A stretch of 64,000 nt of DNA from Amphiscolops sp. MND2022 (Eukaryota). Below, piece by piece: positions 1 through 14,054 of this stretch (position 1 is its first letter; the number at the start of each line of letters is the position of its first letter). The notes beneath the pieces were generated by a model, which was given only the letters and a program-made list of their open reading frames with translations, did no database searches and was not told the DNA's origin. The stretch is taken from NCBI GenBank assembly GCA_964187785.1, contig OZ076409.1, forward strand, positions 88,786,001-88,850,000, given 5' to 3'. The position numbers and the translations under genes were made by a program.

Positions 1-781
1 AAAATCGACACTGTCTCCGCGGCGTTGACGGGAAATACATTCAGTGGAATGAAATACTACGGGACATACTGAATGGCAAACTGAAGATAATTCAGAACCA
101 GAAACACAAATCCGAATCGGAGTCAGAAAGTGAAGAAGGAGATATTGATGAAGAAAGTGACTTCGAGATAGAAAATTTGGACACATCCGAAAGAAACGGG
201 TACAAACCCATTTGCACGAACCCCGACGACGAACTAAAACTTCACACCGACGGTGAGATGCCTACCGGTGAGAAAGAAAATAAATATTTAGAAACCGAAA
301 ATATATCCGTTAGAAGATCTAACCGAAAATGTATGCAACCGAATAGATACGGGGGAGTGCAATACACAAAAAACTTTTGGGTGTAAAAATCGAAAATAAA
401 CATTCTGTTTCAGGATCTAACCGAAATAACTCAACATTAGAGTTACCGAAACCAGCCGACTTCACAAGAGAGATGAGCCCAATGCCCGGAACCTCCAAAG
501 AGTAAAAAGGAGAAATCCAGAAGGGGGGAATGTTATCCGGTGTAATACCGCGTCCAAATTTATTCGGTTCATCATGTGCCAATCAAACTGAGAGACAATC
601 TGTTGACCAACAAACTCAAGTTCCATATTTATGTTGTTACATATTTATATACATATATGTATAATTAGATTAGTGCTGATCGGAACCATTGTTGGATAGA
701 AATTACAAAGAATAAAGTTTGGCAAAAGAAATTCATTAGATTTGCAATTCGTTTTTATTATACCAAGTTGGAAATAGAACA
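1..781 (+). mobile_element. 3' end of an LTR retrotransposon (tail of pol ORF, PPT, ~251-bp 3' LTR)
   Basis: ORF tail ending at 386 (..RRSNR..PNRYG.., typical integrase C-terminal tail). Polypurine tract AGAAGGGGGGAA 519-530 is directly followed by TGTT at 531. AATAAA at 711; putative LTR end ..AACA at 781. Confidence 0.7.
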
Positions 782-1520
782 ACGCCAAGTTAACGAACCT
801 TTTTCTAGAACAAATGGCACATCGCCTAATGTTGCTAAATTCTCAAAATTACGCAACTGAGTTTGTGAACTCTTCCGATCGAGAAAACGAGAGTACTTCG
901 GTAATTTCGTCGGAACGCTTTTTCCATGTGTTCATCGCTGTCATCGCTTGCTTACTGGGAAACGCTCTATGGCGTGTTTCCTAAGATGTGGTGGCTTCTA
1001 TAGGAACCATATAATACCATGTAACTCTCGTGATCATCTTTCAATGATGGTTCCATATTTCATGTTCTTCGAATCAGAAGCATCATGTTTCATTCACAAA
1101 AGGTTCAAATTTAGGATGTATTTGCTTCTGTGTTTCAACTTTGAGACTACCCGTGAGCTTCTGATATGATTTGTTTCAATTTGATGAAGTTTAGTAATTG
1201 GTTTCACAATTGCTCCTCTTTATGACTTTCTACTCTTGAAAAAAAAACGAAGCAGAATTTGAAATTAAATCATATTATCATAATTTGTAGATTATAACTT
1301 CAATATCAAACTTCGGTACTATTTTTTAAAAACTTTATATAAACTTGATGAAGGTGTTCAGGTTGTACAAACAGAATTGTAATTATATATGACCAATAAA
1401 TACAATTTCGCTATGACAATGGCCTTTATCATTATCATTATTATAAATAATAATAATAATAATTGCAACCTATAATAATCACAATGGATAATAAATGGAT
1501 GACTAGATTCAAATTCGCAA

Positions 1521-1747
1521 TCAGTCGATTTTGATTTTGTTGATGACCCCGGTCACCCACTGAACTATGGAGGGCATTCGGTCTTGGCCAACTACATAGA
1601 CCTCTTCGGACACCTGGTCTTGAGGGGCACTCTCTAGCTTGCGGTGGAAGGTGTAGGTGCGGGGACACAAGTTTGTGATGAGGGAGAAAGCAAACACTCG
1701 GATGCCCAGGTAGTTTGCCATCTGCACTTCCGGAATTGTACTCATAC
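1521..1747 (-). CDS. PNP: PNP exon 6 (terminal)
   Basis: Acceptor GTTTCCAG; encodes GMSTIPEV...SLITN...EEV; TGA stop at 1521-1523. Confidence 0.9.
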
Positions 1748-4700
1748 CTGGAAACACAAAAATCCTACGTTTGGTTCTACGTTTGGTGAGGAGATTTTTT
1801 TAGGGTTGATTGTAGTATTGGGGGTTTTTGTAGAATGAAAGTTATAGAACCTACGAAGTAGTGAGTAAGTGATACAGAGGGGCCAGAAAATCTTTGCAAC
1901 AACTGCTAAACTGTGAGTTCTCAACTGTGACGTATCAAAACACAAGTCTATATGTAATCATTTTCAAGCTCTTGTAAATTTCGAAATTTACTACAAAATT
2001 GTTTTTCGATTCCTCGTTGAGAAGTAGCAGTTTTGGCAAAGGTGTTTGGAACTTTGTATTGACTCTTAAGGCTCTATAATGAGCAAAATATTGGAACTTT
2101 TGCTTGCAACGTCTAGCCCCTCCTCATGGCAAATAACGTTAAAACCATTGTAAAATCATTTTTTCTTTTTACAAAGGTTCCCATTACGCAAAACACAGCA
2201 TTTTTTGCCCTTTCCATCTGAATCGCTTCTCGAATTCAATTCAGCTAGCTCCATCATCATTCATCACAAAACTTTACAGAGGTGTAGAGGTCATCAAGAT
2301 AACAACGTATTTGATACTTTTCATACGTGCACGTATCGTTGATATGAATCACATACTAATTTGAGTAAACCGTCGAATAATGCGTAATAATTCCAATTAA
2401 TTTTCTCTTTGAGTCAAAATATTCATGACTCATGCAAATGTGGACGAAAGAATTATTGAACCTGCAGCGTCGGCGCCTATCCGGGCGAGGAATTTGGACT
2501 CGGCTACTGTTTCGTATGTGGGCCCATTGATAATGCTGTACACCCCAGACTGAAACAGGTGAAATGAATCATACCTAGCATTCTCGGATAGATACCCTAG
2601 TTGAGACTGCAGGAACTTTTTACATGCTGCAGGCCTGCATGCAGGGTAATTGTTTATAAAACCTAGAAAATTCAGGGTAATTCCGGTGGTAAATCTTGTA
2701 GAATTACACTGCATTTTCCACTACTGCAATTAAATTTGAAAATAGATACAACATCATCACCGACACGACCTTATTGTATTTACAATTTGCTTTCTCAACT
2801 ACTCATCTGATGTGATCACCGCGTCTCAAATAGGAAGCTAAATATGACGTTATAGTGCAGTTTATTAGGTGACTGAAGTAATTTTGCATTAAAATGGCTG
2901 TTAAGCTGAGAGCAATTTATTTGCTTTTAAAATTAGAACTGCTCCTTAATGAAACCTGCAAAACTTCAAGGCGTAAAATTGCCGCCAAAACTTTGATGAA
3001 TCTTTCAAGCAGCTTGATAAAAGTCGAATACAACAGGTAAATATTTTCTCATTAAAGTTTCCGTAAGAGTTTTAGAAAATCATAATAAAAGTTGCTGGCA
3101 ACATTAAAGTACATGCAAAAAGTTCAAGAAGTTTCAACAAGGGTATACACCCACCAAACCCTGGATTTTATAGGCTCGTGAAACTTTTGGCACGTTGACA
3201 GCAGGTTAGAAAAGTGCCTCAAATCATCAGTCAGCCAAAAGTTGAATTTATGGAGCTTGATCCAGGCTTTGCAGTGAGCACGTTTCCAGTGTTTCGGAAG
3301 TATCCACTTTTTCGATCGAGCCAGATGCGCAAATATTTGTTTCAATTTCAATAGCAATTTCATTAATAATACAACTATTTTCAGGCTCTGAGGGAAAGCC
3401 CGTAATGGCCTTGCTGTAATTCCTAAGGTGGGTTACAAGAAAAAAATCAAACTTGAAGTTTTGAAACCTAATTTGAAATTTAATTCTATGGTCTGGAGAA
3501 AAGTTTCAACAAATTCTTTTCGGATTCATGTTTTTGGATATGTTTTTGATAACGATTTTTGTTTCATAAAAATTCATTTTATCTAGGTTGTGTTGAATTG
3601 GGCATTTTGGTAGCCTTAATTTGGGATATAAAGTTACCTTATAACTGAGCCAAAAAATGTTTCCCGTTCAATGATGTCCGCTTCACTTAAGTAACTCACG
3701 AAGTTAGTTACCTAGATTTGGCATCGAATAGAAACTCGATCTCAAAAGTCTCAGTGAAGTTTTGAAAACAGTTGTTAAAATTTTATACTAGACCAACTCT
3801 GAGAGTATTGGAAAATCCAGGGATCTCTTTGGCCGCTTCAAAGCCCAGATTCTGCAGTTCTAAGTCGTAGTGGATGTTGATGAAGGGGAACCCTTTCTCT
3901 GGATGAACTATTCCTCTCAGGGCGTTGTCACCCGTTAAGTTTATATGGTCCTTGATTATCATCACGTCTCCTGAAAGCAATATTACAGCATTATATCCAT
4001 ATTGATTTAATGTGCACGCATGCCCAGCCGAAACTGCTTGAACTTTTTACATGCTGCATGGAAACATACAGGGATATTTTTCTGAAAAACATGAAAAATT
4101 CAGGATGAATGCATGGAAAAATCTTTCGTATGTACTTGTATTATTCATATCAATATATGTTTGGTTTATCAATGCTCGTTATCTTTCTTGGCAATACATG
4201 CAGACCAAAAAAGGCTAGAAACAATGGTGAAATCCCGATCAATTGTTAACGAAGCTCGACTATTTTTCTTATCTCGTGCGGTAATGGTTTCTCGAGGCAG
4301 TAATAATAAGATCAATATTAGCCAGTATTGTTGATCAATATTAGCCAGTATTGTGACAAACTCTTCGTTTGCGAAAGGTATTGTGAACTATTTGGTAAAT
4401 TTATTGTTGAACCAATTTTTTCATGGAAGTTTCCAACTGTGATTTTCCTCAGTCAACATTGTCTCGTTAATTTTTACAGAAACGTCAACGAATTGGAAAT
4501 TTGGTTGAAACGTTCATGCACATCGCAATATTGATGTTTTACCCGCTTTAGCATTAGTGAATGATTCTGAGTTACATTGTATATACTTTTATTTATGCAT
4601 CATTAAATACAATTTGGATGACTAGAAATTTTTATATATAAGGTGGTTGTTACGGGGTACGAAAACCTCACCACAAGAAAATTCAACACAGGTAAACTCA

Positions 4701-7700
4701 ACACACTTTCGCACTTTATATTATTTCAGTTCAAAAGTTGAAAATAACTCAGTACGTCTTAATCTTTGGATTCTTTATGTTCACACCACTTGATTATACA
4801 TATACCTCATTTAATAAATAAATTACATATAACGAAAATACCAAGCGTTACTGTTCTATTTCAACATACAACTCTATTGATTCACAATATTTATCAACAA
4901 ATTCTTATACCATTCTGCACAACTTCCGTGAAAAGTGAAACGAATAAATTATGCGCGACGTCACTGAGAATTTTGATGCAAATGTGTTGAAATTTAGGTG
5001 TTTAATTTTTTTGTGTTGTGTTTTCTGATAATCGGTTGTAACCTGTTTGAAACTCTTCATTGAGACCCCCGGCGGCGTTGGAGATGATGAGGATTTTAGT
5101 GCCTAGCTCGTGCAGAATCTGTACAAGAGTCCCGATGTACGAAAATTTGTAGTTCTCGTAGAAGTGAACTCGTCCTTGCAGACATACCTGCAAAAAGTCA
5201 AAGCTGTCTCTTCTTACCAACTGATTCCTTACATTTCAAGGCTATTGGACCAATTCCGCAAACTTTCCAAAGCAATTTTCCCAGCAATTCGAACTCTTCA
5301 CTTTCAATTTTAATTGGCTCCATTTGCTTTCATCTAGTTCGATCAACTTTTTGGGTTATCACTTCTTCAAAACAAATTTTCTGGAAATTTCACTCGTTGA
5401 AGACTACTCATTATTTCGGCAGGTTTATCAAATATTTTAGGTGAAATTCCTTAATTCCTTTTGTTGAAGACTTTCAATTTTAACATAATTGCAAATTATT
5501 TCTACTTCAACGTTTTGTTATAATTTACTAATCTATACTGAAAATCGGCGTTGAGCAATATTGCTAATATAAAAAAACTAGCCGCTGTAATAGTCGGGCT
5601 TTTTTCACTAGAAAAGCGCCGACTAAAAACAGCACATATAAAAGTTTGCGTGATGATTCTAACTCAAACGATAGTTTTCTAGATCTAGCTTTGCATTGAT
5701 AAGATCCAAAAAACTTGAACTTTTTACAATTCTTTCTGGGAAACCAATCAAAATAATTCGTATGAAACTTCGTTTACTCCGGTGACTAAATTTGATGATT
5801 TTTATTCGACCAACAGGCTAATTTCATTTTGAAAATTATTGAGCCGCTTTCTTTAAACCCAGCTGAATTGCCTAAACGTATCGCACAGTTGCATATTTTT
5901 ACTTTTGTAACAGCCAGAATAAATCAGTGCGACGTGCAGCCAATAATTATTTATCAATGTCTTTTGCCGTTTTTACAATAACACCAACAATGAAAACAAC
6001 TTTTTCAAATGATTTGTGATAAATAGATAAAGCTTCTCGAAAAAAAAATAAAATTCACGCTTGTAAGATTCTCTTCATTTTCAACAGGCGAGAAACCAAG
6101 TAAGATATAGCTGGTATTTTTAGTTTCATTGCTTGGATAGCAAGCGTAAAGCGCTGTGAATAGCGTAGCTGTGGACATATCGGTCCAGCTATCAAATACA
6201 AGACCGAACTGGCCCGGGAGAGTTAACGTAACTACCATCTCAACTTCCTATGTGAGCAATTCAATATATTTAGTAAACGTATTCCGCGCAATAGGCGATA
6301 ATTGCAAATATTGTCGCAATAAGGGATCTTCCTCGATAGAAAACGGAAAACGCTTCATAATACCAAGACCAAACCAGTCAAATTCATCTTTGGTTTTTTC
6401 AGGTACAGACCAATCTAGCCTTTGATTGCCTTTTGACATCATTTCTTCGAAATCAGGGTGCTCTCGATGTATATGAGACGGTAAATTGAAATACCCAGAA
6501 CGAGGTTTAAGTTTCCTGGTCGGCGCCGCATATGCAGCTATACTCGTTTTCGTCTGTCAACGCAACAAATTCACATATTTTTTCATTAGAGACCATTGCT
6601 TTTGGCATTTTTGAAAAATAATAAAAAGTATAAATAAAGGTAAGAAACAAAGAAGTTAAGTAACCAAAATGTAAGATGACAAAATGCATCACTACACTAC
6701 CAGGTACGAACAGCAGTTCAATTAATTAGTATTGCAAGTACCGGTTCTAGGACAATACGCCCAAAGACATTTCGCCCAAGGACATTACACCCAGAGAAAT
6801 TACGCCCAAACGGAAATTACACTCAAGAAAATTAAGCTATTCAAAGCGAATAGCAGCGATTATTTTCAGGTTATTATTTGAAGATGTTTACATTTTTGTT
6901 ATATGGCTCGGTCGCTTCGCTCCCTTCACCAAGTAGCAATATTGAGGCATGGCCATATGGCACGTCGCTCCGCTTCGCTTTGCTCCTGTATTTAGGACAC
7001 TAGGGGCATGTGTGAACATAGGCTGATTAAATTATCGTAGATTCATTGTGCGTAATTTACGTTTGGGCGTAATGTCCGCTTTGGGCGTAATGTCCGCTTT
7101 GGGCGTAATGTCCTTGGGCGTGATGTCCGGACACTGCAAGTACCGCGTGCAGTTGACTCAAGATGTTGCACTTGTGCAAACAAAGAGAAACTAAGACAGA
7201 GAACACGTTCAGATGCAAGTGACGCTTCGTGTTTTTTCATTTTGTGATTCGCTTTTCCCATTTTTTATTATTTCACAGAGTTGGGTGAGCGGAAAAAAGT
7301 GTTAAAATAAATCAAAACTAATTTACTCTAAAAATAATTATTTTCATTTCTAATTTTTGAAAATAATATAACTTATTTTATTTATTCCAATAATTTTCCC
7401 CAAATTAATTTTTGAACACCTCTGTGCCAATGCTCGCGAAAACGCGGGTAATAAAAACGCAGAAATTTTACTGAGCGATTTGTACGTTAAATAGAGCTTT
7501 TTATTACAGATCGCTTAGAAAAAAATATCGCGATAGTCAAAATCATTTGAAATTTGTTAGCCAACATATTTGTTAGCCAACATTTGAAATTTGTTAGCCA
7601 CATCGAATTTGTTATATCGACGTTTTGCTAAAGCAAGTACAGTCAGTACAGATGAACTTGGAAAAGATGAGAAACTTGGGTCTTGGTAAGATTTGAACCC

Positions 7701-9497
7701 ATCAACTACTGACTGGCAGAGCATGAAACTTGACATTGGAATGGTTTACTGAGTAGATCTCACCACATTCGGTGGAAAAGGCCAGCTTATTGATGGTGGA
7801 TACATTTCAAAACAATCAAATCCACGCTTTGAAGATTCCACATTGAAAAATATTAAAATACAATTCGTATTATATCTTCAATTGTTAACTGATTACCTTT
7901 TAAATTCGTGTTAAATGTGCTATAATCCCAGTCTGATAGACTGTTTTTTATTCATTTTTATGATTTTTTTTCACTTCTTGTGCTCACAGACGTGATTTGC
8001 CAGTTTCGGCACAGTTCAACCGTTCAAGTATACGTAATCCTCAGTTTTCAATGTTTCAATCATTTATTAAGTTAATTTGGTAGAGTGTGGAAAGAGAAGT
8101 AACCAAAATTCGTTGTCAAAATAGTTTTCAAAGGCTTCAAATTTTCTAGTCAACGTGCAATATGACGTTGACTTCCAGATATGACTCACCACAGGCTTGG
8201 AGCAGATTTCTCCGAAAACAAGACGCCCAGGGTGACCTTTGACCTTGGGTCGTGGGAATCCATCGATGTCTGCCACTGGCACTATCGTTTTATTGGTGAT
8301 GATATCGGCTATTGCTGGAAATCAAGCAAAAAACAATCATAATAGCACAATTTTAGTACCAGCAATTTTAGGTGTGGGTTTTTTGAACCTATTGTGCGCG
8401 CGAAACCACAGTTTCGTTTCTTTAAAAGTTAACACTACAAGACTAAGTCAAAGACTACATATTTTTGAACAACTGGGGATTCTTCTGTTGCCAGAAAAGA
8501 CTTTCGATTGAATTGGAAAACCTTTTTTATTCAAAATATGTTCACCAACGCTGAATATAGGAATTACGATGCAACAGTTGATGTGATGCAACTGCTTTCA
8601 AAATATTTTATACTATAGTTAAGAGAGATGTGATAGCTAAGTTTAAGCACGTCGTCTCTGGGGCCGATCGACGATGGTCCGATCGGTTTTGGTGGTTGTT
8701 AGCACCATTATTGATTGTCAAATCGTGTATTTAATTGAAACGCAACTGATTTTTACTACTTTTACCATTCTTGCATTGACAACCCATTGTAACCCAGCAA
8801 TGGCCACCGGTGAGGGAAAATTGGCGTATGTGGAGGCCTTCCTACCGGTGTCCATCGTTGGTTCACGGATGGACTATCGATAGAAAATTTCGAAAATGAA
8901 AATTTTGTTCAAAGTTTCTTGAAACTGAATGATTTACTACCAGAAATACCTTTAGAAGTTATTAACGCCCCTAATGCATCAAAGCCAAACAAAAATAGGG
9001 AAATTATCAGGGCCGGTTCTGAAGTATCTCTAAAGTTTGTTTGCAGTTTTAGATCGTGTCCGAAAAAAAAACATTTTCCACTAGTGTTGTCAGTAAATTT
9101 AGATCTTATTCCAGTGTTTTTTTTGGCAATTTTGAACATACCAGTGGTTTTTAAGGCTGTTTTAGATCTTATTCCAGTGGGTTTTTCCGTAACTTTAGAC
9201 ATAAAAGTGGTTTCAGTGATTTTAAATCTTATTCCAGTGGTTTCTAGTAATTTTAGATCTTATTCCAGTGGTTTATCAGTGATTTCAGATGTTATTCCAG
9301 TGGTTTTTTCGGATGTTTTAGATCTTATTTCAGAGGTTTATATTATAATTGTCAAACAGTCCCTGTATATTATAATTGATATAAATCAAAATCAAAAGAG
9401 TACCTGATAGCCCGGTTCCAGTGATGATTCCAATTCTAGGGATAGTGATATCAACTCCGCTCTTAGAAGCAACAGCAGCAGCGATAGAGGCGGCCAT
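1521..9497 (-). CDS. PNP: Purine nucleoside phosphorylase (trimeric PNP-I family), 6 exons, 283 aa
   Basis: Exons 9497-9404, 8314-8190, 5187-5043, 3970-3798, 2549-2462 and 1747-1521 join through GT-AG introns with compatible phases (852 nt). Motifs IGIITGTGL, VKGHPGRLVFG, QGRVHFYE, SNAAGGLN, KDHINL, GPTYETVAE, GADAAGMST.PE and SLITN are PNP signatures. Confidence 0.93.
2462..2549 (-). CDS. PNP: PNP exon 5
   Basis: Acceptor TGTTTCAG; encodes SGVYSIINGPTYETVAE...GADAA. Confidence 0.9.
3798..3970 (-). CDS. PNP: PNP exon 4
   Basis: Acceptor CTTTCAG; encodes GDVMIIKDHINL...YDLEL. Donor chosen to keep phase 0 with exon 5. Confidence 0.85.
5043..5187 (-). CDS. PNP: PNP exon 3
   Basis: Acceptor TTTTTGCAG; encodes VCLQGRVHFYE...SNAAGGLN. 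Confidence 0.9.
5880..6608 (-). pseudogene. Degenerate hAT-family transposase fragment in PNP intron 2
   Basis: Frameshifted pieces: BED-finger-like CICG...HIHREH, then PFSIEED..LRQYL, and FGLVFDSWT (hAT first catalytic Asp motif). Boundaries approximate. Confidence 0.7.
6742..7136. mobile_element. Foldback-type non-autonomous element with inverted arrays of short tandem repeats
   Basis: Left arm GGACA(A/T)T(A/T)CGCCCAA repeats; right arm their reverse complement (TTGGGCGTAATGTCC). CAAGTAC flanks both sides (6735-6741, 7137-7143). Confidence 0.7.
8190..8314 (-). CDS. PNP: PNP exon 2
   Basis: Acceptor TTTCCAG, donor GTGAGT; encodes FPRPKVKGHPGRLVFG. Confidence 0.9.
9095..9335. repeat. Degenerate ~30-bp minisatellite in PNP intron 1
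   Basis: Recurrent TTTTAGATCTTATTCCAGTGGTTT units. Confidence 0.8.
9404..9497 (-). CDS. PNP: PNP exon 1 (MAASIAAAV...IGIITGTGLS)
   Basis: ATG at 9497; donor G|GTAC at 9403. Confidence 0.85.
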
Positions 9498-10422
9498 TTT
9501 ACACAATATCACACTTCTCGTTTCTCAAACCCAATGACGATACTTGATATACTACGTGTATTGCTCTCTACCCAATTCGAACAAGCGGGTAACAATCACG
9601 AATCACGAATCACGTGCTGTTTCTCTAGTTGTACTAGGTTGTAGTTTATCTCAAAGCAAGCTTATCTTGGCTGAGTGAATTGACTGAATGAAACCAACTT
9701 GTTAAGTCGACTTCGCAAAAATGACACCAAGTATCAGCCCACTGTTCGCACGTTCTGATTGGTTGGGTAAATGCATCCATAAATTTGTTCTTTCATTGAC
9801 CCAAGCAGCTAAATATTAACTGGAATGATTGAATAGTTTGCCTATTGTGTTGACTAAGAACACTTTCTAGTGCATTGGCACACTGTGTACTAATTGAGCG
9901 TATATACTAATTAGTATATTTTATTAATAATAACTGTATTTGTAAACAAGTCCTTGATTAGGTTAAGCACCTTGCTTTGGGAGTGATCATGGACCCAGAA
10001 TGCCCCAAACTCCTCATCACACCTATCAGAGTTTGTTGATTAATGTTTGTTTCGTTTGTGATCGTTGTCGCTCATAAATGATAACTGTACTTACTATTTT
10101 TTTTTACAATTTTGATGATTCATATTAAATATATTAACTGTTAATATAACAATTATAGCAAAGTGAGACAGTCAATTTCCTTAATGACAGCTTATAGGAC
10201 GTTCATATATAAACAATTGTTTTATACAGTATATACACAGACTGTAGAAATGAAGACGAATATTTAATTATTCAACAATCTTTTCCGATTTTCAGGAATA
10301 AGACTGATCACATAAGTATGGCATCGAATAAGATCAAAATTTGCTCACAAAATCTTGAGGAGAAATCTACAACTATGATGAAAAAAAACACAAAAGACAT
10401 CATATTTTTTCGAAATGTAATT

Positions 10423-10684
10423 CAATGAAGTTTTCGTGATGATGATTGCCCATATTGTCTTTTGCTTGCTTTATATTCCAAAAACAATTTGAGCCAAAAA
10501 TTTTTGTTATTATCTGCTGCCAATATTCCATTTTGAAAAAAAAACTTTGTTGAGCTGTGATCATAAGATGGTGACTATGTTGGGTCTATTGCGGGTATAA
10601 CGAAAATTTTTGGCTCAAATTGTTTTTGGAATATAAGGCAAGCAAAAGACAATATGGGCAATCGTCATCACGAAAACTTCATTG
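10423..10684. mobile_element. MITE-like element with ~88-bp inverted arms
   Basis: CAATGAAGTTTTCGTGATGA... at 10423 is the reverse complement of ...TCATCACGAAAACTTCATTG ending at 10684. Confidence 0.8.
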
Positions 10685-12922
10685 TCTTCATTTATAAAGA
10701 CAAAATAAGAAAGACATCGAAAAAAATAACAAAGCCATTATATTCCAATCAAAAATTGCAACATCAGTTTTTGTATTGTTTTTTGTAATAATTTTTCCCT
10801 ATAATATTTTCTAGCTGTAATTTGATTATTTTTATGTTTCACATATACACTGGTGTACGTAAATTTCCAAGAAAATCTATGGGACGGATGCAACTTGAGT
10901 CATGAAATGTCAGATAATTTTTTTGGCAGAACTGAATGCACAGTAATGACGTTTTCCCCATTTCACTGATTTCGTCATTCAATTCATTTTCAAATTAATT
11001 GAGTGTGGTATTCGGACCCGCTGAGCAAATCAGCTTTTGATTAAAAATTTAATAGAACTTTGTTTTGTCACAATTTTCAAAGAAGTCTTCTGCAAAATGC
11101 CCCGTCCCCACTTTTTGAAGGATTTCTTTTCGTTCACGCCTTAGATAATTGGTTGAGCAATTGTGTTTTAAGGGTAAGTGGGGCGGTTGAAGGGAATTAA
11201 GTAGTTGGGGCGGGGGTTTCCCATTTCAACGGGATCAAATTACAGGAAAATTTTGCTATTCAATGAAGCCATTTGAGTACCATTTCTCTACCAAATGGGG
11301 TATCTCGGGAAAATTAAGGAAATGCGCAATCACGTGTAGTCGTTGTAGCAGCAGGAAATCGAGTATGTGCCTACTGCTCAATTTTCATTGCGTGCTTCTC
11401 GTGGGGATGTTTTCATTCCATAACTTCACTTTTCCATTTCAATGACTCGTCAAAATTGTGGTAAAACAATCGTTTCAGTTCAGCAAAAAATAATTCCTTC
11501 GAACCTTATAAAAAGCACAGAAAGTATGTGCGCTGTGTACATCTAACATTAATCTTCGGGTTCCTTGATTCATTCAACAAATCACCGTAGGCGAAAGACC
11601 ACTTGAGTTTGAAAAAATTATTTGACAAAAGGGCACTGTTGCTTACCCCACACACTGTTGCTCTGCTATTTGAGAGCTGAAAAATTACCGCAATAAAAAT
11701 GTAGTTACCTCAAACAGCGCGACTTCTTTTATTCCAATCGTTAAAAGTTGTTATTATATTGTCTCTAACTGTCTGTAAAGAATGTTCACAGGCTAGGTAA
11801 ATATTTGTTAACATTTCTTCAATAAATCCTGTATCCATTTTCATTCTGTCCTTATTGGTAAATTTTCTGATCTAACACGGCTCTGAAACTTGAAAATAAA
11901 CCATTTCATTTACCCTTTTACCCTCTAGTAAACTCATTTCATTTATTTCGATTGTTTTTCAGTCGGCGCTGTTTGTAACAAGAAGTGCCCGACTCTTACA
12001 GAGGCAAGTTTTTTCGCTAGACCACAGACCTCACACTGAATGATCCAAATCTTACAGAAGCTCCGTTAAGTTCTAAAGGGTACACAAGGAGGCTTAGAAT
12101 ACTGCCTTTTAGTTTTTCATAGTATTTACTGTATCTTCGAAACTATGGGGGACCAATGGGCCCCGTAGAATTTTCTTGAAATGTGCGACTTTTCCCCCAA
12201 GTTTATTATTTTTCTTCGGGTTTATTTCGATTTTTTTTCATGTTTTTTACTAGAATATTACATTTCAATAAAAGAATCCCCCTTCAGGTTTTTCGACACT
12301 GTGCGACTTTTTTCCAAAAGAATTCCCCCATTTTGCGTTTTTTGACGTTTTCAGTTGGAGAAACGCGTTTACCGAGCACGAAAGGCTCCCTTTGGGTATT
12401 TTCTCATACTTGTGACACTTTCCTTGAAAAAAAGACCTGAGAATATTTTGAAAAAAATGGCGCTTTTTGAGCCTTGGACTGGACGGTCTTGGTTTTCAAT
12501 CTCACAATGTTTCAAGAAAACCTCATTCGGAAAGAGAACGAGAAGATAATTCAAGAGACTTTCGATTCCATTTTGTTTTTCTATATATTTCAACTTGTTT
12601 GAGGCTAACCAATGTTCTTCATGATTCAGATCTCAAGTATCGACTTGCGAGTTTTCAACAAGCGCAGTGCCTTCCGCATATAGTATCATTATCTCTGATT
12701 TCTGAATTTGATCCAATGTAATTTATGTACACAGCAACTAGAAACGTTTCGAAGTCAATCCTTGAAGGACACCTCGTTCAACAAGCTGAAGGTTGGAATT
12801 TTCAGACAGAGTTCAAATTCACAAACCGTTTTCTATCTGTTGTATTGCTAGACATCAGTTCAGAAACGTGTCCACGGGCATCAAGGCTGATCAATTTTTT
12901 AGGGTAAAATGTGTGATCACCA

Positions 12923-13679
12923 CCCTGGTTGAAAGTAAATGCATACCTTTCAAGATCCTTGCAAAAAACACACTACTTACAAGATCTTGCAAGGTAACTT
13001 TTTTCTTGTAACATCTTACATGGAAATGTTTTTCTTGGAAGATCTTGCAAGGAAGTGTTTTCCTTGAAAGATCTTACAAGGAAATGTTTTCATTGCAAGA
13101 TTCTTGAATTCAACGTATTTCATACTGAGAAATTATGTTAACGTAGTTGTGATTTGAGTGTAATGTCAAAAACGTAATTAACGATTGTTTCAAAGGGCAA
13201 TTTACCAAATTGAAAAATAAATGTCAATCAATAAATTATGCACGGCCTAATTTTGAATCAATAACCGCTACATAACACTAATAATCTGAAAATATTCTCA
13301 AAATACTTTGAAACTATTTTAAATGTTTCGTCACTGAAATGTTTTATTACCATTTCAATAACTTCACTAAGATCACTCTTTTCTAAGATAATTTCAAGAG
13401 TTTGCATTTTTTTGGTAGTTGAATTCTCGAGTAAATAAACGCAGTTTGTGGCATCAATCTGATAGTCACGATGCAGTGGTCAACTTGAAGCTTTAATAAA
13501 CAATGAGTATAAAAATTTTTATGTCAAGAACCTCTCACGAAATTTTCATCCTTGGAAGAATCTTGCAAGAAATTGTTTTTCCTTGCAAGATGTCTTGCAG
13601 AAAAATGCATTAACTTGCAAGATCTTGCAAAATTTTCTTGCAAGATCCTTGTAAGGAATGCATTTTTTTCCAACAAGGG
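12923..13679. mobile_element. Non-autonomous DNA transposon (CCC...GGG ends, subterminal CTTGCAAGA repeats)
   Basis: Imperfect TIRs CCCTGGTTGAAAGTAAATGCAT / ATGCATTTTTTTCCAACAAGGG; repeat arrays near both ends. Confidence 0.7.
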
Positions 13680-14054
13680 TAGTGTCGAAAGATAATGCGA
13701 AAATTGCGAAAAATGCCTTTGGAGTTTGTTTCATTAGCCCAATGTAATTGAAGTGTCTTCCTCATAGAGGTAGCAGCTTGGACAGCGCCTATCGTTTTTT
13801 GCTGAATCCGAATTGAGTTGCTGCCAGTAATGAAATCTCAAGATATCTCATTAGGCTTTATTAAATGACTCTCAAAAATATCAGATTTTTTTCTGAGGAT
13901 AAGGAGGGCACGTAGTTCCTGTTTGAATCGTTTTGGACTATCCTATTGAATGGGAATAACTTTCAATAATATCCACAAAAATAGCTTCAGAAAAACATTT
14001 ATGCCAACCGACACGCAAAAATTTACGAAGAATTTCAGTTGAAATTTTCAAATT

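Noticed and set aside
4648..4990. Possible small solo LTR starting TGTTAC in PNP intron 3
   Set aside because: No matching terminus or TSD could be identified.
8919..9407. 162-aa and 97-aa ORFs in PNP intron 1
   Set aside because: Produced by the ~30-bp minisatellite; repetitive low-complexity translation.
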